Shown here one piece after another: positions 8,869 to 17,955 of a DNA stretch of 25,526 nucleotides. The notes under the pieces are model-generated. The model saw only the letters and a program-made list of their open reading frames with translations. It made no database searches and had not been told where the DNA came from. The position numbers and the translations under genes are program-made. Source of the DNA: a virus (lineage: Duplodnaviria > Caudoviricetes); IMG/VR virus record IMGVR_UViG_3300031472_000007, positions 1 through 25,526 of that record. One strand, written 5' to 3'. Every line of letters begins with the position of its first letter. Position 1 is the first letter of the stretch.

Positions 8869-9297
8869 CGTGCCGTCGCTGTCGTCGTCCAGACCATTGA
8901 CCCGACCGAAGGTCTGCCCGATCTTCGCCAGGTCCCGCAGCGGATATTCCATCAGGTAACTGTCGAGCATCGCGACCGTTTTGATCGGCTTTTGGGACAC
9001 GCCGTCGATGTCCGCGATGGAGTACACGGCTAGCGCCATGCCGTACGCGCGTTGACTAGTACTATTTTTCTGGCTTAGGAGACGCTCAACGCTGTCCGAG
9101 TCCAGGCCGTTGAGCTCTCTGACCCGGACAACCTGCCCCTTGCTCAGGCGCACCTGATCCGGTCCCAGCGCGGGCGCATCGACCGCGGGGTCGGGCGCCG
9201 CGGTCGCATCCGTGAGCACGGGGACGGGCGCTTCCACGGGTATCGGCGTTGGTGCGGGAATCATGTCCACACGCAATCCACCGTCATTCTCGCTCAT
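8851..9297 (-). CDS. Tail assembly chaperone (G-like)
   Basis: 148 aa acidic protein after the tube gene; 'V.L..G.VV.VRELNGLD', 'SI..IDG', 'L.DL..I...F..VNG'; GGAGAG RBS. Confidence 0.75.
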   Translation of the reverse strand: MSENDGGLRVDMIPAPTPIPVEAPVPVLTDATAAPDPAVDAPALGPDQVRLSKGQVVRVRELNGLDSDSVERLLSQKNSTSQRAYGMALAVYSIADIDGVSQKPIKTVAMLDSYLMEYPLRDLAKIGQTFGRVNGLDDDSDGTFSDAR

Positions 9298-9339
9298 CTG
9301 TGTCTCTCCATGGTCTCACGACCGACTGTTGGTGACGCG

Positions 9340-9789
9340 TCAAGCAGCGATGTACCCCTTGAGGACGATGGTCTGCTCCGCGACTTTGGCCGCATCGGGC
9401 ATCATGAAATCGCCTGGCTGCAGGGCGCAGCGGACGTAGATCTCGTCGATGCCCTCGTGGCCGTTGACCGACGGAGCCTGGAAGTGCACGCGATATTTGG
9501 ATGGCTCCGCGCCGGCGCGGCGCGACCGTTCGAGTTCGCGGTAGAGCACCATAAAGCCAGCGTCGGCCCGGCCGCCTTTGATCGTGATCATGACGGGCAT
9601 ACTCATTAACTGGTCGTGCTCGTCGGGCGAGCCCTGGGGATGCGTGGTGTTGTACTTCGGCTCCGGCCGATAGGTGACGTCGTCGACCTCGAGCACGAGG
9701 CCGAGGCTGCGGCCGGTCCCGCTCTCAGCCGTGATCGTGGTCGTGATCGTCCCGCCGGGGATGCGTAATCCGCCCTGGTGTCCCGCCAT
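9340..9789 (-). CDS. Tail tube protein
   Basis: 149 aa, beta-rich, immediately after sheath; GGAGGAGG RBS. Confidence 0.75.
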   Translation of the reverse strand: MAGHQGGLRIPGGTITTTITAESGTGRSLGLVLEVDDVTYRPEPKYNTTHPQGSPDEHDQLMSMPVMITIKGGRADAGFMVLYRELERSRRAGAEPSKYRVHFQAPSVNGHEGIDEIYVRCALQPGDFMMPDAAKVAEQTIVLKGYIAA

Positions 9790-9809
9790 TGCCTGTCCTC
9801 CTCCCGTCC

Positions 9810-9843
9810 CGCTCGTGCCGCTCGTGGCGCTCGTGGCGCTCGT
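9810..9843. repeat. Four tandem copies of a 9-nt unit (CGCTCGTGS), intergenic
   Basis: CGCTCGT at 9810, 9819, 9828 and 9837, between sheath stop and tube RBS. Confidence 0.8.
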
Positions 9844-9885
9844 CGTGTCATGACGCGCGTCGTCTTATGGTCTGCGCCGCGACGT

Positions 9886-11985
9886 TTAGCTTTGCGGCAG
9901 GACAACGATCAGTTGTGTGCCGAATTGGAACCCGATGATGACGCGCTTCGTGTTCGGCTTGATCTGCACCTGCATTTCGGCGAACATGTCCGTCGTGGCC
10001 ACGCCGCCCGGCCCGACCAGGTTGTTGTCGTCGTTACAGATGGCGGCGTAGCCCCGCTGGCTGCCGGCGGTCAGTGTGCCGGCCTGCGTCGTTGCGCCCG
10101 AACCCGTGGCCGGCTGCGCCAGACTGGCGCGCCGACCCGTCGTCAGAACGGGCGTGGCGACGGGCGCCTGGCCCGTCTGCGGATTCGACGGGATCGTGTC
10201 GTCGCGCGCCAACGAATCGAGGAACGAGGTGAGGCGGTCCTGGAGGAGGGAGCGGGCGACGGCGTCGTTTGTCTCGCCGATGAAGTCGCCACCGATCACA
10301 ATGCCAGCGTCGGCAATCAGACCCGTGACGCGCAACACGTAGAGGTCCGTGCCATCCAATGTCTGCGCCGCCAGGAAGCCCAGCGCGTTCTTGCGCGGGA
10401 TTTTCCGGGTCAACGGGGACACATAGGCGGGCGCGCTGATCAGCGTCGCCAACTGCGTGTCCGAAAAATCGAACTCCGGCCCCAGCACGTCCGCCGGCAT
10501 CGCTTTGTTGAAGCCGGCCGTGGCCATCGCCTGCACCGCCTGGATGCCGGCCAACAGCGGCGTGGGCGCGGCCAAGACAACTGACCCGCCGTTGTAGGCG
10601 GGCAGATTGAGCTTTGCCCACGGGTAGGGAACCGCCAGTCGGCCGGCCTGCGGCGTGCCGATGACGCCCGAGGCGGCAACGGCCGCTATCGCCCCGGCGT
10701 CGGTTGTCCCCTGCGGTAGACAGGCCAACGCGATCCAGTTGTTGGTCAGCGCCAATGCCGCCAGCGTGGCCCACGTCGTGGTATCGGCCGCTACACCCTC
10801 GCCCAGAAAGACAAAGTGCGGGTGCGGGTCCAGTCCGGTCAGGGCATAGAGACCTGTGTTCGGCGCGCCGGGCGCGCCCATGTGCCGTGCCGTTCCCGCA
10901 TCAGCGCCATTGTTCCCTGGCGCGCCCGTTGGTCCCGCCACGGCGGGGAACGCAACCGCGCCCGCCACAGGAGCCAAAATGGAGGCGCTGGGGCCGGCCG
11001 TGGCCTGGTGGCGGACCGTGTACCCGCCCGTCGGTAGCCACACCTGGGCGGGCCGCTGCTGATTGGCGACGGGCGGCGCCGTGATCGTGAGCACGGTTGT
11101 CGACGCCGGCGATAGAAGCGGCGTGGAGGCGGCGAACGTTTCCGTGTTTGGCGCGCCGTTGGCCTGTGTCACATACGCGGTCAGCGGCGCACCCGTCGGC
11201 GTCCCCGCCGCAACTGTCCCCGGCGTGACGCGCACGCTGCCCAGGGCAGGGACGGTCAGCGGGCCGAACTCCGCGGACGGCAGCGATTCGGATGCACCGG
11301 GCACGCCAACAGTGATCAGGCCGTAGTAGACGCCGGCGGCGAGCGTGCCTGAGCCAGCCGCGCCCGCCGTCACGATTGGCGCGCCGGGCAGCGCCAGAAC
11401 GGGCGGCGTGGCGACGACCAGCGTGGCCGACCGATTGATCTGCGCGATGGCCGCGGCCCACGCCGCGGCGCTGCCCAGCGGCAGGTTTGTGAGATAGTCA
11501 CGCTCCTGCGTCGCCGCGTTGACCACGGACAGATTCCACGACGCGGGCGACGCGCCTGGGCCGTTGAGTGACACGGCCATCTGAAGCGATGTAGCCCATG
11601 TGCCCGGCGTCGGGGCGTGCAACGTCAGGAGGGCGGCGGCGGCGCTATCGACCAGCGTCGCATAGGCGCTGGCGGCGGTCGCGCCCGCCACCCGCACCGC
11701 TTTGATGAGGCTGACGCCAGGCAGAAGGCTGGCGTGGCAGTCCGTGTAGAGTGAGAGCGGAGGCGGGGTGGCCTGTGTGCTGCCGGGATCGGCCACGGCG
11801 TTGCCGTACGTGTGCCGAAAATCGTTGTCGTCGCCGATGTCCTGGCTATAATCGAGCACGCCGCGGTCGGCCTCGCCCACGATGCCCAGGATGTCACTCC
11901 CGGCGGGGTTCGAGAACGACGGCGACGGCCGCTCGTAGATGTACACGCCCGGCAGGGGCGACGTGGGCGCGGTCGTCGTAATCAT
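9886..11985 (-). CDS. Contractile tail sheath protein
   Basis: Start re-called at ATG 11985 (GGGAGG RBS), 699 aa. N-terminal 'LPGVYIYE', 'GIVGEA.RG', 'F...YG', 'AVRV', 'A..PG.W'; C-terminal 'FIGE.ND', 'FL..L', 'ICN..NN', 'VQIKP...R.I'. Confidence 0.92.
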   Translation of the reverse strand: MITTTAPTSPLPGVYIYERPSPSFSNPAGSDILGIVGEADRGVLDYSQDIGDDNDFRHTYGNAVADPGSTQATPPPLSLYTDCHASLLPGVSLIKAVRVAGATAASAYATLVDSAAAALLTLHAPTPGTWATSLQMAVSLNGPGASPASWNLSVVNAATQERDYLTNLPLGSAAAWAAAIAQINRSATLVVATPPVLALPGAPIVTAGAAGSGTLAAGVYYGLITVGVPGASESLPSAEFGPLTVPALGSVRVTPGTVAAGTPTGAPLTAYVTQANGAPNTETFAASTPLLSPASTTVLTITAPPVANQQRPAQVWLPTGGYTVRHQATAGPSASILAPVAGAVAFPAVAGPTGAPGNNGADAGTARHMGAPGAPNTGLYALTGLDPHPHFVFLGEGVAADTTTWATLAALALTNNWIALACLPQGTTDAGAIAAVAASGVIGTPQAGRLAVPYPWAKLNLPAYNGGSVVLAAPTPLLAGIQAVQAMATAGFNKAMPADVLGPEFDFSDTQLATLISAPAYVSPLTRKIPRKNALGFLAAQTLDGTDLYVLRVTGLIADAGIVIGGDFIGETNDAVARSLLQDRLTSFLDSLARDDTIPSNPQTGQAPVATPVLTTGRRASLAQPATGSGATTQAGTLTAGSQRGYAAICNDDNNLVGPGGVATTDMFAEMQVQIKPNTKRVIIGFQFGTQLIVVLPQS

Positions 11986-12025
11986 GGTCAGGCGATCCTC
12001 CCGCCGGCCGGGCCGGGCATAGGCA

Positions 12026-12061
12026 CGAACAAACGCCCCGCCTGGGACCAGGCGGGGCGTT
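12026..12061 (-). terminator. Probable intrinsic terminator upstream of the sheath gene
   Basis: Perfect inverted repeat AACGCCCCGCCTGG (12032-12045) / CCAGGCGGGGCGTT (12048-12061), running into TTTGTTCG on the minus strand. Confidence 0.65.
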
Positions 12062-12101
12062 GAAACAGGAAACGGTGGGGCGATGACGGACAAAGCGGTG
12101 A

Positions 12102-12776
12102 TCAGGAGGCCGGCGTCTCAAACAGGGCCGTGACCAGCACACGACGCACGACCGGGAGGGTGTCAACGCGATACACGCGCGCTGTCGCTTGATACAGCAA
12201 CTGGTGGCGGTAGACGGCGCGCGTCGTATCGCCCCCGTCGTCCGGGTGCTCGCTCGCCTTGACCAGCGTGGCTGTCAGGCCGTACCGCGTCAGCGTCGGG
12301 TCGACGATGGTCGGCGTCGTCAGTGAGTCGGGGAGCGGGATCGTGATCTGTGTTCCTGTCGCGGCGCGGATGCGCTGGGCCAGGTAGTCACGCACGGTTT
12401 TGCCGCCGTCGCCCGCCGCCAGGACGATGATCCTGACGGCCGTCTGCTCACGTCCCACCTCGGTCAGGACAACCTCGGTCGGCGCGTTGGGCAACAGCGG
12501 GTCGGGTGGGGGACGCAGCCGCGTCGGGGCCGTCACTCCCAACGCGCCAGAGGAGGGCTTACTGTCGCCCAGACCGATGATGACGAGGCGGCCCTGGTTG
12601 GCCGATTGGACATGTAAGGCGCTCACGAGCTGGGCGTCGTCGTAGGCGTCACGGATCGCACCCGGCGGCATGCTATCGCCCAACACCGTCACGAGGAACG
12701 CTCTGAGGCCGGCCAGCAGGTGGCCGCGCGCGTCAATGACAGGGAGAAGAGACGCGGGGGCAGATGAGCCGGACAT
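12102..12776 (-). CDS. Putative tail terminator/neck protein
   Basis: 224 aa immediately before sheath; GGGGGAG RBS; synteny only. Confidence 0.55.
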   Translation of the reverse strand: MSGSSAPASLLPVIDARGHLLAGLRAFLVTVLGDSMPPGAIRDAYDDAQLVSALHVQSANQGRLVIIGLGDSKPSSGALGVTAPTRLRPPPDPLLPNAPTEVVLTEVGREQTAVRIIVLAAGDGGKTVRDYLAQRIRAATGTQITIPLPDSLTTPTIVDPTLTRYGLTATLVKASEHPDDGGDTTRAVYRHQLLYQATARVYRVDTLPVVRRVLVTALFETPAS

Positions 12777-12814
12777 CCGTTCTTCCTCCCCCCCCTTGCC
12801 CGCTTGCGCGTTTG

Positions 12815-13276
12815 TCAGTCGAACGCGGACCGGACCGCGACATCCACGCGGCGCAGCACGCCCACCTGTTCCTCCTCGATCGCTGGGACAAGAAATGGCC
12901 GCGGCGGGATCGGGTGGGCGCTGATGCCTTCCGTCCCCAACTCCTGCGCACGGGCATACGCCCCAGCCGGGCTATCCAGGGGCACGCCAATGACGGACAC
13001 CACGCCATCGGCTGTCCGCTCCTCGGTCGCCGTGATGCTGTCGCGCAACGCGCCCGTCCTGAGCAGGGGCTCGTCAGCCGGGAAGCCCAGGCGGTCTCGC
13101 TCCAGGCCCGTCGTGTCAGAGAGCGAAGCCCAGCCCTCCTGATACACACCCAGCCTGTTTTGAGCGTTGTGAACCACGGCGTCCGCGCCCTCGCTCAGGG
13201 CCATGTCGATCTCACCCGCGCGAAAAAGGTCGGCTAACCCCGACAGGTGGCGGGACAGGTCCGCGATGCCGGCCAT
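12815..13276 (-). CDS. Tail completion/virion morphogenesis protein (HK97 gp10-like)
   Basis: 'L.RTG.LR.SI', 'YA..QE.GT', 'IPPRPFL.PA' motifs. Confidence 0.85.
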   Translation of the reverse strand: MAGIADLSRHLSGLADLFRAGEIDMALSEGADAVVHNAQNRLGVYQEGWASLSDTTGLERDRLGFPADEPLLRTGALRDSITATEERTADGVVSVIGVPLDSPAGAYARAQELGTEGISAHPIPPRPFLVPAIEEEQVGVLRRVDVAVRSAFD

Positions 13277-13278
13277 GG

Positions 13279-13647
13279 CTAGCTCCCGTGCGCGCCGGCG
13301 GGCGGATCGACCAGCACGGCAGCCGTCGTCGCCACGGGATCAGCCGTCACCGGGGTGAGGGGTGCGTTTTGTGGCGGCACGGGCAGGGGCGGCAGCGTAG
13401 ACTGCCCGTTGGGCTGAGTGGGTGAGGGCGCGGACGCGGCCGTCGGAAGAGAGGAGGGCGTTGCCGTTTCCGCGCTGTACCCATGCGCGGTCATCGCCTC
13501 CACGTCAGCCGCGCTCACGTTGACCGCCACACCGGCCGGCGTGTCCCGTGCTTCATACTGTGCACCGTTCGGCAGGTACGTCGTCGCGCCTGCCGTGATG
13601 CCGTCGGGCGCGTGCAGCACCGTCGTCGTGTGTTGCTCCTGCGTCAC
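13279..13647 (-). CDS. Hypothetical protein, Pro/Thr/Ala-rich C-terminus
   Basis: GAGGAG RBS 9 nt before GTG; fits the gap in the head-tail cluster. Confidence 0.6.
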   Translation of the reverse strand: MTQEQHTTTVLHAPDGITAGATTYLPNGAQYEARDTPAGVAVNVSAADVEAMTAHGYSAETATPSSLPTAASAPSPTQPNGQSTLPPLPVPPQNAPLTPVTADPVATTAAVLVDPPAGAHGS

Positions 13648-13701
13648 TGTTCATGGCTCCTCTCGTCTCATCGTCTCGTCTCGTCATGGCGTGTCCTGGT
13701 C

Positions 13702-14358
13702 CTAAAGACCGCCGGCGGTTGCATCCACCAACACCTGATAGGCCCACGGCACACCTTCGGCGTCCAGGTCATTGACCTGCTGCACCGTGCCCTCCTGACC
13801 GTTCGGCATCACCAGGGTGTCACCGAGGCGAACATCCGCGCCCAGCGGGACATAGAGCGTGCGAACACCGGCGGGTTGGGGACCGCCGGCGTCGTTGGTC
13901 AGCGGATTGTTGTCGTTGGAGAGGCCCGCGCGCACGGTGAACGTCGTGACGGGCGCGATGGACGCCGGGAGCGCGATGGGCCGGCCCGTGCTATCCCACG
14001 TCATGGCCTCGTCGTAGGCGTTCAGGACCGCGGGAAGGGCGGGGTCCTGCTGGCGCTTGACGGTCAGCACCAGCGGAATGGGCAGCAAAAGCGTTCGCGT
14101 CACGCTCGGCACGAGCATAACAACGCTGACGCGCATCACGTCGGACACGATGTACCACAAGACGCCCTGCTGAAGCAACTGACCGGGCGCGATCAGCGTC
14201 CCCGCTGGCAGATCGCCTTCCGTGCTTTTGCTCGCCTCACGCCGCGTCTTAATGGCCTGATAGTTGGAGACGATCAGCAACACGGGCGTGGGGTTGCTCC
14301 CATCGGCGTCATAGCGCGTTGCCGCCTGACCCGCATCGGCGTAGAGCGCATCGTACAT
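13702..14358 (-). CDS. Putative head closure (head-tail connector) protein
   Basis: C-terminal 'TLYVP.GADVR.GD.L.......V..V' resembles SPP1 gp16-type stoppers; start uncertain (ATG 14358 or ATC 14367). Confidence 0.6.
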   Translation of the reverse strand: MYDALYADAGQAATRYDADGSNPTPVLLIVSNYQAIKTRREASKSTEGDLPAGTLIAPGQLLQQGVLWYIVSDVMRVSVVMLVPSVTRTLLLPIPLVLTVKRQQDPALPAVLNAYDEAMTWDSTGRPIALPASIAPVTTFTVRAGLSNDNNPLTNDAGGPQPAGVRTLYVPLGADVRLGDTLVMPNGQEGTVQQVNDLDAEGVPWAYQVLVDATAGGL

Positions 14359-14415
14359 GGAAGCGATGGCGGTACCCTCTCTCCCGCGGGACACGCGACG
14401 TCTCGCGAACGCCCC

Positions 14416-14955
14416 TTACCACGCGGTGCGCTGCGCCGATGGTGGCGCGATAGCCAGATACGGCGCGTCAGGGTCGATGAGGGTCGGCGTGGGACTGCCC
14501 ATCTGGAGCGCCGGGACCATCACCACTGGCCGCAGTAAGGCCAGTGTGGTGTTGGCCTGACTGGCAAACGCAGCCCGCGCCGCATCCCAGTCAAGATCCA
14601 ACTGACGCGCCACAATCTCGCTCTTTTCCATCAACGGCACTAAAAGGCGGACCTGCGGCACAAGCAAATAGCAACACCACAGGATGCATCCCTCCAAAAG
14701 AAGGTCCCTGGCTGTCGCCGCGTCCCCATCGGCATAGACGGATGGCGCGGCCCCGGTCACGATCAACGTCCAATCGGGGCCTAGACGCCGCATCACCAGG
14801 CGTTCCGCCATGAGACCGACGCCTGGCCCGTCGATCAGCGTATCAGGGAGTAGTTGCGCCGCTTTGGCGGACGCGGTGCCCGGCAGGAGCGGCAGGAGGA
14901 GTGCGCGCACGCGGTCATGCGTCAGGTTCGTCGTGCTCAGGATGTGAAGCGGCAT
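14416..14955 (-). CDS. Putative head-tail adaptor
   Basis: 179 aa helical protein, 'VRALL.....LPD..I', 'L....I....Y.L.P'; GAGGAG RBS; position after capsid. Confidence 0.6.
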   Translation of the reverse strand: MPLHILSTTNLTHDRVRALLLPLLPGTASAKAAQLLPDTLIDGPGVGLMAERLVMRRLGPDWTLIVTGAAPSVYADGDAATARDLLLEGCILWCCYLLVPQVRLLVPLMEKSEIVARQLDLDWDAARAAFASQANTTLALLRPVVMVPALQMGSPTPTLIDPDAPYLAIAPPSAQRTAW

Positions 14956-15000
14956 CAGTGGACGCTCCTCTCAGTCACGTGTTCGCCCTGGAGGTCGTCG

Positions 15001-15486
15001 CTACTGTCCGGGAGGCTGAGCGGCCAATCCATCCGCGACGGTCGTCACCGCGGTCTCAAAGCCAGGCGTCACGATCCCGCTTCCGGTATCGCCGTTCTGT
15101 GCCGCCTTCTTCTTGCCACTCCCACCATTAGCGGCCAGAGCGGCATCGACCGCGGCCTTGATCTGGGCGTCGAAGTCGGCCTTGGTGATGGCCATCGTCT
15201 GCGGTGTGGCCGGGCGGCTGTCCGCGACGCGCTGGCGCTCCGCGTCCTGCTCGGCGTTGATGCGCTCCACGTCGGAATCGCGCACCTCCTCCAGGCGCCC
15301 CTCGTTGATCGCGGCGCGCACGCCGGCCGTATCCGGCACGTGATGGACGGGACGCACGGCGTTACCATCCTGGTCGAACCCGGTGACGTGCGTGGCGTGG
15401 TGCTGGCCCGTGTCCGGGTGCTCCGTGTCCTCACGATAGATGCTGTAGGCGTTGGCCAGGCGCACGTTGCGCATAGTCGTTGGCAT
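15001..15486 (-). CDS. Hypothetical head-associated protein
   Basis: Start re-called at ATG 15486 (GAGAGGGG RBS), 161 aa, GC-rich codon usage, 'V..AI..GRLEEV' patch; first co-oriented gene after the capsid. Confidence 0.7.
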   Translation of the reverse strand: MPTTMRNVRLANAYSIYREDTEHPDTGQHHATHVTGFDQDGNAVRPVHHVPDTAGVRAAINEGRLEEVRDSDVERINAEQDAERQRVADSRPATPQTMAITKADFDAQIKAAVDAALAANGGSGKKKAAQNGDTGSGIVTPGFETAVTTVADGLAAQPPGQ

Positions 15487-15541
15487 GGTTGCCCCTCTCT
15501 TTCCCCTAAATAATTTAGAAGGCATAAGGTATGCTTACGGT

Positions 15542-16087
15542 ATGAAAGATATACCTTTTGGTTTTTGCCAATGCGGTTGTGGCGAGAAGACCTCATTGGT
15601 TCCCCACAACAACGAGAAGGCTGGCCGCGTCAAGGGCCAGCCGTACCGTTTCGTCCACGGCCACGCGGGCCGCACCTACACGACGACCTACACCGTGACG
15701 GATACGGGATACAAGACGCCGTGTTGGCTGTGGGATGGGCGCACGCTTGCCAATGGCTATGCCGCAATGAACGTTGGCTCAAAAGGGGCGAAGCGAACGA
15801 AAGGTGCACACAGGGAGTACTACGAGGCGACATACGGCAAGGTAAAGCCTCGTCTAACCCTCGACCACCTGTGTGACGTGCGCCATTGCGTCAATCCCGA
15901 TCACCTCGATCCCAAGACCAATGCGGCCAACTGCCAGCGCGGGAAGGCGAGCAAGCTCGATTGGGAGAAAGTCGCCTTCATCCGCGCCTCTGAACTCCCT
16001 ACAAACGACCTGGCGCGGCATTTTGGTGTCTTTCAGACGACCATCGACGATGTGCGCGCGGGTCGGACGTGGAAGGCACAATCTTAA
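15542..16087 (+). CDS. Free-standing HNH (His-Me finger) homing-type endonuclease
   Basis: 181 aa from ATG 15542. N-terminal 'CQCGCG...RF.HGH'; nuclease core 'CW.W.G....GY...AHR..YE...G......LDHLC..R.CVNP.HL...T.A.N..RG'; C-terminal HTH 'LARHFGV....I..VR.GRTW'. Confidence 0.9.
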   Translation: MKDIPFGFCQCGCGEKTSLVPHNNEKAGRVKGQPYRFVHGHAGRTYTTTYTVTDTGYKTPCWLWDGRTLANGYAAMNVGSKGAKRTKGAHREYYEATYGKVKPRLTLDHLCDVRHCVNPDHLDPKTNAANCQRGKASKLDWEKVAFIRASELPTNDLARHFGVFQTTIDDVRAGRTWKAQS

Positions 16088-17373
16088 GCGAAGGTAAGTG
16101 TGCTTGACGCAGAAGTGATTATTTTCGCGAAGCCCGTGACCTGGCTGATGGCCAGGCGGTCGCGCTGGTTCTCGATGTCCTTGTCGGTCTCCGTCAGATC
16201 CGAGCCTTGCTCCATCAGCATCTCCAGGGCGTAGCCATTGTTGATGCCGGTCAGCAGACCGCCGGGCGCAAAGGGCAGGTAGACAACCTGGATGTCGCCC
16301 CACATGTCATCCTCGGGCAGCTTGAGCTTACCCATGCCCACGTCATTGCCGGGGGCCAAAAGGGCAAGCAACAATGTGGGGTTAATGGACGGCATCTGAA
16401 TCTGCAATAGTTGCAGAATCTCGTTCATCCTGCCGATGACGTGGGTCATCTTGAGCGCATACAGCGACGTACGCCACGACAGCCATGCTTGGTATGTGAG
16501 GCGCTTGGCGATGATCGAGGGGGCCGTGGCGTCACCGATGCGCGCCAGGTAGGGGTCCGTCACGGAGCCAGGGCCGGCCGGGGCCGTCGGATCGAGCGCC
16601 GACACATTGTAATTGAGGGCGGCGTTGTTGTTGCCGTCGCCGTTGATCGTGATGTTGATGGCTTCAGCGGCCAGGTCAAGACGCATCTGCTGGCGGATGC
16701 GCTGCAACAGGATGGTGAAGATGGGCAGCTTGATGCGCCGGCTGTACTCGTACGTTCCTTCCAGCATCGCGCCGTACTTGACGACGCTGACGGCCTGCGC
16801 GCCGACCTTCACGAAGAGGCGCGGCAGGGCTCCATCCTCGCCAACACGGTACGTGCGCCGGTTGAGCACCGTGTCCTGCAGGTAGATACCGGTGTACGAC
16901 TGGGAGTCGATCATCGTTGTCTCGGCGATCAGCGTGGCCAGCACGTCGTTGGCCAGCGGCACCACGCGCAGGATGCGATTGATGAACTCCGGGAACAGCG
17001 CCCATGATTGGGGCTGATTGCTCATGAAAAAGCGTTGCGTGTCCTCGTCCCGCTGCTTGAGATCGCGCGGCGCGTAGTCGTCCACCTGGATGCTGGTGCC
17101 GTCGAACCGCTTGGGATGCCAAAAGTCATCGACCGAACTGGCGGGGATGCCGCGCTCCAGGTCCGTGCGGGTGCGGATATTGTAGCGCAAGAGTTGGCGC
17201 TGGAAGGCATCGGTTTTGTCGGTCGATTGACTGGGGTTAATCTCCTCCAGGAGGGCGGTCAGGGAGCAGCCGGCGCGCCGGGCCGTCTCCAGGGTGGTGC
17301 GCGATAGGCGCACCTCACGCGGGTCGACGACGCGATCCGCGCTCTGCTGCGTGATGGTCATGGACGTGGCCAT
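16084..17373 (-). CDS. Major capsid protein (HK97-like fold expected)
   Basis: 429 aa; 'ALFPEFI.R', 'RVGE...LP........V.V.KYG..L..TYE..R', 'INGDGNNN.A', 'E.DK.I..Q.....IS...GF'; GGAGGAGG RBS; follows protease and decoration genes. Confidence 0.88.
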   Translation of the reverse strand: MATSMTITQQSADRVVDPREVRLSRTTLETARRAGCSLTALLEEINPSQSTDKTDAFQRQLLRYNIRTRTDLERGIPASSVDDFWHPKRFDGTSIQVDDYAPRDLKQRDEDTQRFFMSNQPQSWALFPEFINRILRVVPLANDVLATLIAETTMIDSQSYTGIYLQDTVLNRRTYRVGEDGALPRLFVKVGAQAVSVVKYGAMLEGTYEYSRRIKLPIFTILLQRIRQQMRLDLAAEAINITINGDGNNNAALNYNVSALDPTAPAGPGSVTDPYLARIGDATAPSIIAKRLTYQAWLSWRTSLYALKMTHVIGRMNEILQLLQIQMPSINPTLLLALLAPGNDVGMGKLKLPEDDMWGDIQVVYLPFAPGGLLTGINNGYALEMLMEQGSDLTETDKDIENQRDRLAISQVTGFAKIITSASSTLTFA

Positions 17374-17487
17374 AGGGCCGTGCCTCCTCCCATCGCGCCC
17401 ACAACGGGTGGATCGCGATGCACTGACACTAGACAGGGGATACGGATAGACAATAGGCGGACGTGGTGAGTGATCGGAGTGAGGCCG

Positions 17488-17955
17488 TTAGCCGAGGTCG
17501 ATCAGGGCCACCAGCGCGGGCGTCTGGCCGGGCACGAGGGTGTGCGGATCGCTGTCGAACCCAACGCAACGGGCGCGGGTCACGGTCCCGGCGGCCGCCG
17601 CCTGCACCTTGCCCGTTCCGTCACAAACGACGTAGCCGTTGACGGCGGGCGGCGTCGTGGTGTTGAACGGGACGTAAACGTAGCCGTGTTTACGTACCAC
17701 GGCCACGCCGTCGGGGTCCACGCCCCACAGTTCGCCTTCCACCGGGTTGGTCGCGGCGCCCAGGCCCACCGTGGGCCGGCTGATGCCTGTGCCGCTGCCC
17801 GTATTGACCAGCGCGATGGCCATGTGCAATTGTGGTGACATGGATGGGTTGTAGCCCTGGAAGCCGACGACGGGTGGCACGATCGTGCCGTCCGTCAGGT
17901 ACGTGACATCGTTGCGATTAATGCCGAGATAGCCCGTGGTTCTCGGTACGGCCAT
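17488..17955 (-). CDS. Capsid decoration/cement protein
   Basis: 155 aa Gly/Val-rich beta protein ('DG...V...G...VP', 'VV.DG.GKV.AA') directly before the capsid gene; GAGGAG RBS. Confidence 0.7.
   Translation of the reverse strand: MAVPRTTGYLGINRNDVTYLTDGTIVPPVVGFQGYNPSMSPQLHMAIALVNTGSGTGISRPTVGLGAATNPVEGELWGVDPDGVAVVRKHGYVYVPFNTTTPPAVNGYVVCDGTGKVQAAAAGTVTRARCVGFDSDPHTLVPGQTPALVALIDLG

Noticed and set aside
1-12000. Tailocin, eCIS or T6SS-like injection system
   Set aside because: Terminase, portal, protease and capsid genes are contiguous with the tail genes, so this is a complete phage morphogenesis module.
13483-14538. Long plus-strand ORFs such as 13483-14538, 17936-18829, 21510-22364 and 9778-10584
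   Set aside because: Arg-rich antisense shadows of high-GC minus-strand genes, with no RBS or recognisable motifs.
15542-16087. Group I intron or intein in the capsid gene
   Set aside because: The capsid ORF is continuous, and the HNH lies outside it on the opposite strand.
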